Source: an uncultured Acidobacteriota bacterium
Lineage (GTDB): Bacteria > Acidobacteriota > Thermoanaerobaculia > Multivoradales > UBA5704
Direction of reading: 5' to 3'
Length of the DNA: 64,000 nt
NCBI GenBank assembly: GCA_963757335.1
Contig: CAVWRJ010000021.1
Coordinates: 256,853-320,852 of the forward strand
Made by a program: the position numbers and the translations under genes. Under the pieces are notes generated by a model. The model did no database searches. It had not been told where the DNA came from and was given only the letters and a program-made list of their open reading frames with translations. This document shows, one piece after another, positions 42,009 through 51,407 of the stretch. Each line of letters starts with the position of its first letter. Positions within the stretch are counted from its first letter, which is position 1.

Positions 42009-42902
42009 TCAGGCGGGTCCGAAGAATTCAAGCAGCTGGCGGTTGACCTCCTCCGGCTCCTCGTGATGAAGCCAGTGGGTGGCCGTTTCGAGGAAGACGA
42101 GCCGGCCGTCGTCGCAGCGGTCGATCGACGGCAGGGCCATCTCACGGCCGAGGAAGCGGTCGCGGGCGCCCCAGAGGAGGAGAGTGGGGACGCGGACCCG
42201 CTGGTCCAGGGGCTGTTTCGGTGGGGAACGGAGGGCGGCGCGGTAGTAGTCGATCATCGCGATCATCGCCCCCGGCCGTTCCCAGGCCTCGCGGTAGCGG
42301 GCGAGGTCGGCCGCGGAGAAGGTGCCCGGCCGGGCCGATTCGCGGAGGCCGCGGACGGCGAGCGCCCAGTCGTTCCGGCGCAGCAGGCGTTCGGGCAGCC
42401 AGGGGAGCTGGAAGGCGAAGATGTAGGAGCTCCTGGCGAGCTGGGCGGGGCTCCTCCGGAGGTGCTTTCTAAAGACCCCGAGGTGGGGCATGTTGAGGAT
42501 GGCGAGTTTCGCCACCCGCTCCGGGTGGGTGATCGCCGTCCACCAGGCCACGGCGCCGCCCCAGTCGTGGCCGGCGAGGAAGGCCCGCTCGCGGCCGGCT
42601 GCGGCGATCAGCCCGAGGACGTCCCCCACCAGGCGGTCGAGACCGTAGGCGCAGACCCCCTTCGGCTTGTCGCTTCGGTCATACCCCCGCTGGTCGGGGG
42701 CGAGGACGCGGAAGCCGGCCGCGGCCAGGGGGCCGATCTGCGCCTTCAAGGCGAAGGCGGGCTCGGGGAAACCGTGGAGGAGGATCAAGAGCGGTCCGTC
42801 CACCGGGCCCGCCTCGAACGCATGGAGGTGGATGCCGTGGGTCGCGATCGTCCGCTCGCTCGGGGTTTCCACTTCTTCGAGCACATGGCGCGAGGGATGC
42901 AA
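42009..42902 (-). CDS. alpha/beta hydrolase (epoxide hydrolase-like)
   Basis: LLILLHGFPE...LAGHDWGGAVAWW. Confidence 0.7.
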   Translation of the reverse strand: MHPSRHVLEEVETPSERTIATHGIHLHAFEAGPVDGPLLILLHGFPEPAFALKAQIGPLAAAGFRVLAPDQRGYDRSDKPKGVCAYGLDRLVGDVLGLIAAAGRERAFLAGHDWGGAVAWWTAITHPERVAKLAILNMPHLGVFRKHLRRSPAQLARSSYIFAFQLPWLPERLLRRNDWALAVRGLRESARPGTFSAADLARYREAWERPGAMIAMIDYYRAALRSPPKQPLDQRVRVPTLLLWGARDRFLGREMALPSIDRCDDGRLVFLETATHWLHHEEPEEVNRQLLEFFGPA

Positions 42903-42940
42903 CGATCGATCCCGGGAGGAGAGGCGCGGGGTCCTGGGAG

Positions 42941-43675
42941 GTGAGGATGCGGTTCGAGGGTAAGGTTTGCATCGTTTCGGGCGGCGGATCGGGGATCGGC
43001 CGCGCCTGCTGCGAACGCTTCGTCAAAGAGGGCGGCAAAGCCGTCGTCGTCGACTTGAACCCGGAGCACGGCGACGACACCGTCAAGGCCCTGGTCAAGG
43101 CCGGCGGCCAGGCGATCTTCGCCCAGGCCGACGTCGAGGACGAGGGCCAGGTGGCGGCGGCGGTCCAGGCAGCGCTCGACAAGTGGGGGCGGATCGACGT
43201 GATCGTCAACGACGCCGCCATGATGACGTTCAAGAGCGTCGTCGATCTTTCGGTCACGGAGTGGGACCACGTGCTGGCGGTCAACCTGCGTTCGGTCTTC
43301 CTCTTCTGTCACTACGCGCTCCCCCACATGAAGCGTGGGGCGGTGGTCAACATCAGCTCGGTCCACGCTCACGAGACCGAGGCCGGCGTGGCGCCCTATG
43401 CCGCCTCGAAGGGCGCCATGGAGGCGTTCACCCGCGCCTTGGCCATCGAGCAGGAGAAGAACAAGAACCGGATCAACTGCGTGGCCCCGGGCGCCGTCGA
43501 CACGCCCATGCTGTGGAACAACCCGAACGTCAAGAGCGGTAAGGAAAAGGTCGAGGGCGCCGTGGGCAAGCCCGAGGACATCGCCGCGGCGGTGGCGTTT
43601 TTGGCCTCCGACGAGGCCCGCTTCATCACCGGCACCCTCTTGGTGGTCGACGGCGGCCGGCTCGACATTCTTTGA
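42941..43675 (+). CDS. SDR family oxidoreductase
   Basis: VSGGGSGIGRA Rossmann motif and the NISSVHAHE...YAASK catalytic tetrad region. Confidence 0.85.
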   Translation: MRMRFEGKVCIVSGGGSGIGRACCERFVKEGGKAVVVDLNPEHGDDTVKALVKAGGQAIFAQADVEDEGQVAAAVQAALDKWGRIDVIVNDAAMMTFKSVVDLSVTEWDHVLAVNLRSVFLFCHYALPHMKRGAVVNISSVHAHETEAGVAPYAASKGAMEAFTRALAIEQEKNKNRINCVAPGAVDTPMLWNNPNVKSGKEKVEGAVGKPEDIAAAVAFLASDEARFITGTLLVVDGGRLDIL

Positions 43676-43683
43676 CGAGAGTC

Positions 43684-43774
43684 GGTACCGGGCCCGTTCG
43701 AACCTGCGGGCGGGCTCCTTCGGGCGCTTCGCGCGGCCAGTCGCCCGTCCTCGGATTCAAACGGACCCGGTACC
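43684..43774 (+). repeat. dispersed palindromic element (copy 4 of 4)
   Basis: ggtaccgggcccgttcgaacc-core-attcaaacggacccggtacc. Confidence 0.8.
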
Positions 43775-43800
43775 GAGATTTGAAGGGAAGGGAGGGAGGA

Positions 43801-45066
43801 TGGCCCGGTTCCTCTTCGCCACCGGCATCGAGAACAGCTACCCCACGATCGAATGGCAGGGCAAGACCGTCCGCCAGGACGAGATGGCGAAGTGCGATCA
43901 CTACGGGCGCTGGCGCGACGATTTCCGGCTGCTTGCCGAGCTCGGCATTCACTATCTGCGCTACGGCCCGCCCTACTTCTCGACCCACCAGGGGCCGGGA
44001 AAATATGACTGGTCGTTCGCCGACGAGACCTTCGCCGCCCTCCGCGCGCAGAAAGTCACCCCGATCGCCGACCTCTGCCACTTCGGGGTTCCCGACTGGA
44101 TCGGCAACTTTCAAAATCCGGACTGGCCGAAGCTCTTTGCCGAGTACGCGCGGGCCTTCGCCCAGCGCTTCCCCTGGGTGCGTTTCTACACCCCGGTCAA
44201 CGAGATCTACGTCGCCGCCACCTTCTCGGCCAACTTCGGCTGGTGGAACGAGCGGCTGCGGAGCGACCGGGCGTTCGTCAACGCGCTTAAAGCACCTCTG
44301 CCAGGCGAACCTCCTCGCCATGCACGCCATCCTCGAAGTGCGGCCCGACGCCATTTTCATCCAGAGCGAGTCGTCCCAGTACTTCCACCCCGAGAGCCCG
44401 GATTGCGAGGAACTGGCGCGGATCAACAACGAGAAGCGGTTCCTCTCGCTCGACCTCACCTACGGGGTGCATGTCAACGTGACGATGTACGAGTACCTCC
44501 TCGACAACGGCATGACCCGGGAGGAGTACCACTGGTTCAACCACAACCACCTCCGCGCCCACTGCGTCATGGGTACCGACTACTACACGACCAACGAGAA
44601 CCTCGTGCACGAAAACGGCAGCCTGTCGGCCTCGGGGGAGATCTTCGGCTACTACGTGATCACCCACCAGTACTTCGACCGCTACCGGCTGCCGGTCATG
44701 CACACCGAGACCAACATCGACACCGATTCGGTCAAGTGGCTGCAAAAGGAGTGGGCGAACGTCCATCGCCTCCGCGAGGACGGGGTGCCGATCGTCGGCT
44801 TCACCTGGTACAGCCTGACCCACCAGGTCGACTGGGACAGCGCTCTCCGCGACGACAAGGGGACGGTCAACCCTCTCGGTCTCGCCGACCTCGACCGCAA
44901 CCTCCAGCCGGTCGGCGAGGCCTACCGGGACCTGGTCGCCAGGTGGCGCAAGATCCTCCCCACCCAGAGCACCGTGCTCGACATCTGCCCCGGGGCGAGC
45001 GCCGACGACGAAGCGGACAAGGACCCCGAGGAGGAGAAGAAGGACGGTCAGCCGGAGGCGCGCTAG
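43801..45066 (+). CDS. glycoside hydrolase family 1-like protein; frameshift near 44285
   Basis: N-terminal FLFATGIENSYPTI...HYLRYGPPY; the C-terminal half (TNENLVHENG...VGFTWYSL) is in a second frame. Confidence 0.65.
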   Translation, partial: WPGSSSPPASRTATPRSNGRARPSARTRWRSAITTGAGATISGCLPSSAFTICATARPTSRPTRGRENMTGRSPTRPSPPSARRKSPRSPTSATSGFPTGSATFKIRTGRSSLPSTRGPSPSASPGCVSTPRSTRSTSPPPSRPTSAGGTSGCGATGRSSTRLKHLCQANLLAMHAILEVRPDAIFIQSESSQYFHPESPDCEELARINNEKRFLSLDLTYGVHVNVTMYEYLLDNGMTREEYHWFNHNHLRAHCVMGTDYYTTNENLVHENGSLSASGEIFGYYVITHQYFDRYRLPVMHTETNIDTDSVKWLQKEWANVHRLREDGVPIVGFTWYSLTHQVDWDSALRDDKGTVNPLGLADLDRNLQPVGEAYRDLVARWRKILPTQSTVLDICPGASADDEADKDPEEEKKDGQPEAR

Positions 45067-45078
45067 CTTCTTCCCTTA

Positions 45079-47106
45079 TTAACGGGTGCCCCGGGCCGGG
45101 ATCCTGCCCGCGCTCCACACCCGGCGGAACGCCTCGTAGCCGAGCACCGGCCGGCCGCCCTTGAAGTTGTCCTCGCAATCGACGACGACGCAGGTCGCGG
45201 TACCGCCGAAGCGCGGACCGCGCAGGCCGCGGCCGACGATCTGCTCGTAGAGGACGCGGCTGACCGTGGGGCGCGCCATGATGACGTGGCTCACCCGCGG
45301 GGCGTCGAAACCGGTCGTCAGCACCTCGCAGTTGCACAAGACCCGGAGGGCACCCTGTTTGAACTCGGTCACGATCTGCCGCCTCGTGACGTCGCGGGTG
45401 GTGCCCGAGAGCACGGCGGCGGGGATGCCGTGCTGGCGCAGAAGAAAGGCCATGCACTCGGCGTCCCGCACGCTGGGGCCGAAGTAGAGGATGGAGGCGC
45501 CGGGATCGCGGGCGAGGGGGAGGAGCCGTTCGAGGATCGCCAGGCGCCGGGGGGTGTTGTCGGTGCGGATGGCGAGCACCCGGTCGAGCCGTTCGAGCTC
45601 CTGCTCGGTGAGGAGGGGGAGGGTCGGCGGGCCGGGGATGCGGATGGTCGTCGGGGTCTGGATGACCTCGAAGATGGGCTCGGCCAGGACCCCGATCTCC
45701 TGCAAGCGCTGGCGCGGGTTCTCCCCGAGAGTGCGGAGCGGCTCGACCAGGCGGTGGAAGATCTCCTTGAGCTCGCGCGTCCCCTCCTCGGGGTCGTCGC
45801 CCAGGTACTCCATGCGGAACGGGGTGGCGGTCAGGCCGACGACGGAGACCGGCTGCTCCGGCCGCGCCAGGGCGTCCAGGATGCGGCGGTAGGAGGGGGC
45901 GGCGGCGCGGTGGGCCTCGTCGATGACGAGCAGGCCGAGCGCCGGCAGGAGCTCGCCGAGGATCGCCGCTCCCCCCGTGGACTTGCCGTCCAGGAGGTGG
46001 ACGAGGCGGTGCGGCGTCGTCACCAGCACGCTCGGCCGGGAGAGGATCTGCTGCAGGGTGCCGTGATGCGCCAGGAGGTCCTGGGTGTAGCCGCCCCAGA
46101 AGCGGACGAGGGAGACCGGGCAGACCTCCTCCGACGACTCCCAGACCTGGCGAAAGCAGGTGCAGGCCTGCTCGCAGAGCTCCTCGGTGTGGGCGAGCCA
46201 GAGGACGGTCCCCTGGGTGGCGAGATCGCGCTCGCGGTCGTAGCGGTCGAAGAGCCAGAAGGAGATGCTCTCGACCGCCACCCGGGTCTTGCCGCCGCCG
46301 GTGGGGAGGGCCACGATGCAGCGCCGGCCGAGCGGCTCCTGAAGAGTTTCGAGGAGTCCGCGCTGCACCTCGCGCTGGAACGGCTCCAGCGGTTTCAGCC
46401 GGAAGCGCCCCTCCAGGTACTCGACGTCCGGCAGCGCCTCGGGTGCCGGGATGCCGGCGAGCTCCCCGGGGAAGCCGGCCTGGAGGACGAAGTCGGAGGC
46501 CGAGGACTTCCCCGGATGCCACCGCTTGGGGAAATGCACCGCGGTCGCCCGCGCCACCGCCTCGCGGACGGGGACGGCGCCGAAGAGGTCGATGCCATGC
46601 TGGAGGACGAGGGCGGTGGCGAGCTCGCGCTTGGTCCCCCGCCGGTCGGCGCCCTCGGTCCGCAGCCGGACCTGGCGCAGGGTATAGAGGAGGTCGGCGA
46701 GGAGATCCTCGAGCACCGCATGGGGGAGGAGGTCGACGAGCCGCTCGACGGCGCTCCGCTCCCACCCCTCGCGGAGGAGGAGAGGCCCGGTCGCCGCCTC
46801 GTCCGGGAACCGGCCCCGCCGGTGCCGCGCAGTGAACCCGCCGGTTCCCGGCGCCCCCGGCTCGATGTCCGGATCGCGCGAGAAGCGCGCCTGGATCTCC
46901 CGGTACTCCTCCTCCCCGAGCCCCCAGGCCTCCATCACCTCGGCCTTCGAAAGGGCGCCCTGATCCTGGACGGCGCTGGCGATTTCTGTGAGGAAAGAGA
47001 GCTCCACGGCGTGACCCGGGAGAAATTTTACTCTATCTCGGTGTTCCGGCCCGAGCTCGCGGGGTAAGATCCTGTAGACTGCCCCGCCGGGAGCATCCGG
47101 GAGCAC
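45079..47106 (-). CDS. SF2 DEAH-box helicase (ResIII-like core) with a roughly 270-aa N-terminal domain of unknown function
   Basis: Motif I ALPTGGGKT, motif II VIDEAH, motif III GLTATP, motif VI QIVGRGLRG. The true start may be internal. Confidence 0.75.
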   Translation of the reverse strand: MLPDAPGGAVYRILPRELGPEHRDRVKFLPGHAVELSFLTEIASAVQDQGALSKAEVMEAWGLGEEEYREIQARFSRDPDIEPGAPGTGGFTARHRRGRFPDEAATGPLLLREGWERSAVERLVDLLPHAVLEDLLADLLYTLRQVRLRTEGADRRGTKRELATALVLQHGIDLFGAVPVREAVARATAVHFPKRWHPGKSSASDFVLQAGFPGELAGIPAPEALPDVEYLEGRFRLKPLEPFQREVQRGLLETLQEPLGRRCIVALPTGGGKTRVAVESISFWLFDRYDRERDLATQGTVLWLAHTEELCEQACTCFRQVWESSEEVCPVSLVRFWGGYTQDLLAHHGTLQQILSRPSVLVTTPHRLVHLLDGKSTGGAAILGELLPALGLLVIDEAHRAAAPSYRRILDALARPEQPVSVVGLTATPFRMEYLGDDPEEGTRELKEIFHRLVEPLRTLGENPRQRLQEIGVLAEPIFEVIQTPTTIRIPGPPTLPLLTEQELERLDRVLAIRTDNTPRRLAILERLLPLARDPGASILYFGPSVRDAECMAFLLRQHGIPAAVLSGTTRDVTRRQIVTEFKQGALRVLCNCEVLTTGFDAPRVSHVIMARPTVSRVLYEQIVGRGLRGPRFGGTATCVVVDCEDNFKGGRPVLGYEAFRRVWSAGRIPARGTR

Positions 47107-47114
47107 CGCCGACC

Positions 47115-48270
47115 ATGAAGATCGTCCACACCAGCGACTGGCATGTCGGCCGCCGATGGAAGGGGATCCAGCGCTTGGACGAGCTGGAGGCGGTGCTCGA
47201 ACATTTAGCGGCCTTCATCGAAGAGCACTCCATCGACCTCGTCCTTCACACCGGGGACGTCTTCGAAAGCCGGAATCCCCCTGCCGAGGCGGAGCAGCTG
47301 GTGAACCGGTTCCTCGTCCGCGTGGGCCGATCCGGCGCGCAGATGCTCGTCATCGCCGGCAACCACGACGATCCGCTCCGGCTGGACGCCCGTTCGTTGC
47401 TCACCGAGTTCGTCAACGTCCAGATGCTCGGCCGCCCGCGCCCCGCCTCCCGGGGCGGGACCCTGACCCTCTCGACCCGCTGTGGAGAGAAGGCGGTCGT
47501 CGCGGCGCTGCCGTTCGCCTCCCCTGGAGCCTGGGTGTCGGCGCTGGACGTCGCCGGCGAGGAGGCGAGCGCCCGGGTGAAATACGCTCGCATGTTCGAG
47601 CGCGCGGTTCAGGATCTCTGCGGCGCCTTCAGGCCGGACGCCGTCAACCTCCTCATGGCGCATACGCACCTCGAAGGAGCCCTCTTCGGCGAATCGGAGC
47701 GCCGCGTTCACATCGGCGAGGACTGGGCGGGCTCGCCGGAGGCGCTGCCGTCGACGGCGAGCTACATCGCTCTCGGACACCTTCACAAGCCGCAGAAAAT
47801 CGAGGGGCCGGTGCCCACCTACTATGCCGGCTCGCTTCTCCAGCTGGACTTCGGCGAGGCCGGGGAGGAAAAAACCTTTATCGTCGTCACGGCGTCGCCC
47901 GGCAAGCTCTCGACCGTCGAGCATGTACCTTACGAGGGGGGGCTGCCGCTCGTCGACCTCCGGGCCTCGCTCGCGGATCTCGAGGAGACCGCGGACCGGC
48001 ATCGCACGGGTTGGTTGCGGGTGACGGTCCCACTGACGGCTAAAGATCCCGATCTCAATCGAAAAGTTCGCGAGCTGCTCCCCAACGCGCTCGTCGTCCG
48101 CGCCGAGCTCCCCGAGGCCGAGGAGCCGTCCGACCTCCGGTTGGAGACCGGACTGCCGCCGGTCCGGACACTACGCCGCCTACCATCTCCGGGTGCACCA
48201 GCACGCGGCGAAGGTGGCCGTCCTCGACACCTTTCAGGATCTCTACGACCAGGCCTCCGGGGAGGATTGA
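47115..48270 (+). CDS. sbcD: exonuclease SbcD (Mre11-like nuclease); frameshift near 48175
   Basis: KIVHTSDWHVG, LVLHTGDVF, IAGNHD and AHTHLEG phosphoesterase motifs. The true C-terminus ...FQDLYDQASGED is in another frame. Confidence 0.85.
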
Positions 48271-48273
48271 GCG

Positions 48274-51200
48274 CTGCGTCCCGTCCATCTCACCGTCGAG
48301 GGTCTCGCGTGCTTCCGGGAGAAGCAGGAGATCGACTTCCGCACGCTCGAGCTCTTCGCCATCTCGGGGCCGACGGGAGCCGGTAAATCGACTCTCCTGG
48401 ACGCGATCACCTTTGCGCTCTATGGCGAGATCCCCCGGGTCAACCATCAGAATCGGACCGAGATGATCTCGGCGGCCCGCGACCGGGTCACCGTGGTGCT
48501 GGATTTCGACGTCGGCGCGAGCCGCTACCGGATCGCACGGACCCTCAAACGCAATGGGGCGCAGATGGTTCGCCTGGAGGAGCACGACGGGGTTGGCGGC
48601 AAGGGCTCCAGGAAGAATCTGGCCGACCAGGTTCGTACCGCGACCGATCAGATGGTGCGGATCCTCGGGCTCGGTGCGCCGGCGTTCCTGCAAGCCGTGG
48701 TTCTGCCGCAAGGCGAGTTCGCGAGGTTCCTCCGAGCGCAACCGAGAGACCGGCGCAGCATGCTCCGCACGCTGCTTCGACTCGACGTCTACGAGCGGAT
48801 GCGGGAACGGGCGCAGCGTTCGGCGGCGGCAAAGAAGGGCACGGTCGATTCGCTTCTGAAGCTCCTTGCGGACGAGTACGCCGGCATCGACGAGGCCGCT
48901 GTTGCCGACCTTGAGACGGAGCACGCCCGGGTCGCCCGGTCGCTCGAAGCCGCGAGAAAGAAACGGGACGACATCCAGGCGACACTCGCCCGGCAGCGCG
49001 GCCAGCACGCGAAAACTCGCGAGCTTCGAGAGGTCGAAGAGAGGCGAGCCGCCCTAGAGAAGCAGGCCGAGCAGGTGAGCCGTGAGCGAGCGAGGATCGA
49101 GGCGGCGGCCCGGGCGGTGCCCCTGTTGCCTCTGCTCCAGGAAGCGGCCCGCGCCGCCGCCGCCGCGAAGACGGCGACCCAGGCGGCAGACGTTGCCAAG
49201 GCCCACCATGACTCAGGAGAGATGGATTGGCAGAAGAAGGCTGGCGCCCAGAAGTCAGCGGAAAAGGCCGCCCAAGCGATCCCGACGATTCGTGAGCAGG
49301 TGGCTCGCCTCAACCAGGTGCTCGGTCGGCTTCCTGAACGAGAGCAGCTCCAAGCGGCGATCGAGCGACAGACGCAGGGTGTCAAGGCTCTCGAAGTCGA
49401 GCTGTCCGCGCTCGCTTCGACGGTTGAATCGGCGAAGGCCGTGCAAGCGCAACAGCAGAGAGCCGTCGATTCGGCTCGGCAAGCCGCGGCGGCCGCCGGC
49501 TATGACCCGGAGCTGGACGCGCTCTTCGGAGAGTGTCCGCGACCGAGCGGTCGAGCTTGGCGCTCTGCGCCGGAGCGCTGCCGAGCGCGGCCTTCCGCTC
49601 GCTCGGCAGCGTAAAGCGGTGGAAGAGCAGGCTGGGGAGATCGAGCTGCGGAAGGAGAAGGCGGAGTCTGCCAGGAGGTCCGCGGAGGAGGCCCAGCGCG
49701 GCTTCGAGGCAGCAGAGGAGGCGCTCTCTCTCGCCCACCGCCTGAACGAGGCCCATCACCTCCGCCAGGGGTTGGTTCCCGGCGAACCCTGCCCGGTGTG
49801 CGAACAGCTCGTGGAAACACCCCCTCCGGCCGATCCGGTGCCCGAGCTCGAAGCTGCCAGTGCCGCGCTCCAAGGGGCGCGGGAGAAGCGGAAAGCGGCC
49901 GACGCGCTCGCCCGGCAGATCGAGGCTCTCTGGACGGGCGAACAGGCGAGGCTCCAGGCCGCTCGGCAGAGCCTCGCCGAGCTGGAGGAGCGCTGCGCCG
50001 AGCTGCAAGCTCGCGTCGCCGCCGGCGAGGAAGGGATCTATCGAACGCTCGGCGACCGCGCTCCAGCCGGGGATGCGCTCATCGAGATCGGGATCGAGGC
50101 CTGGATCGAAACCCGCATCGCGGCGCTCGCCAGGAGCCGCAAGGCGAACGACGAAGCGAAGGCGCAACTGGCGACGGCGGAACGGACCCTGGAGAGAGCC
50201 AGGGCCGAGGAGGCCACCGCGCGGGATCGGCTCGGCGAGAGGGAAGCGTCGCTCAAGCGGTTGGAAGAGGAGCGCGGCAGGAGCCTCCTACGGCTCACGA
50301 CGTTGGAGGCCGAGATCCATGCCGTCACCGAGTCTGCCGATCCGGCTGCCGAGGCGAGAAGCTTGGAGGAGCAGATCCGGCAACTGGAAGCGGCCCTCAA
50401 GGCGGCCAACGAGGAGGCGGCAGCCTCCCAGAACCGACGGATGGCGGCCCAGGAGGCGCAACGGCTGACCGCCGAAGCTGCCAGGGCCGCTCGTGAGGAC
50501 GCCACAGAGAGAGCGGAGAGCCGGGATTTGGGAATTGCGCGCGCCGGCTTTGCCGACGAGGCCGCCGTCCGCGGGGCCCTCTTGGACGATGCCACCGCCA
50601 CCCGGCTCCAGGAGCAGGTCCACAGGTATGCGCAGGACCGCCACGCCGCCGAGGCGCGTGCGGCTACGCTGCGAACCGAGTTGGGGGAGGAGCGAGTGTC
50701 CGACGAACAGTTGGCGGCCGCCGAGACGCTCGCGGCGGAATGGACCACCGAAGTGGAGACCGCGCTCGGTCAGGAAAAGAAGCTCGAAGAGCAGATCGGG
50801 CGGATGAAAGAGCGGCTCGAACGGGGAAAAGAGCTCCGCCTCAAGCTGGAAGTCGAGGCGGCGGCTCTCCGCGTCTACGACCTCCTGGCCGGCGACCTGC
50901 GAAGCGACAAGTTCCAGGCGTATGTCTTAGAGGAGGTGTTCACCGAGCTGGTAGCGGGCGCCTCGGCCCGGCTGCTCAAGTTGACCGGGGAGCGTTACTC
51001 CCTGGAGTTCAACGCCGACGAAATCAAAGTCGTCGATCACGACAACGCCGACGAAACGCGGATCAGCGATACCTTGAGCGGCGGAGAGACCTTCCTGACC
51101 TCGCTGGCTCTCGCCCTGGAGCTCAGCGATCAGGTGCAGCGTGCCGTCGGCGCGGTGAATCTCGACAGCCTGTTCATCGACGAGGGTTTCGGCACTCTCG

Positions 51201-51364
51201 ATCCCGACACTCTCGCGCTGGTCGCCGAGACCCTCCAGGGGCTGCGGGTGGGGGGGCGGATGGTCGGCATCATCACCCACATCCCGGAGCTGCGAGACGA
51301 ATTCGCCCAGCAGGTGATCGTGACCAAGCGCCAGGGCTACTCGACCGTCGAGGTCCGCGGGTAG
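48274..51364 (+). CDS. sbcC: exonuclease SbcC (Rad50-like ATPase with CxxC zinc hook); at least one frameshift near 49535; start codon uncertain (CTG directly after the sbcD stop)
   Basis: Walker A GPTGAGKSTLLDAI, long coiled coil, zinc hook GEPCPVCEQ, C-terminal signature LSGGETF and D-loop LFIDEGFGTLD. Confidence 0.85.
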
Positions 51365-51407
51365 GCGGAGACGGTGGAGATAGGCGCTGTGCCGTGAAAA
51401 GCTCGCG

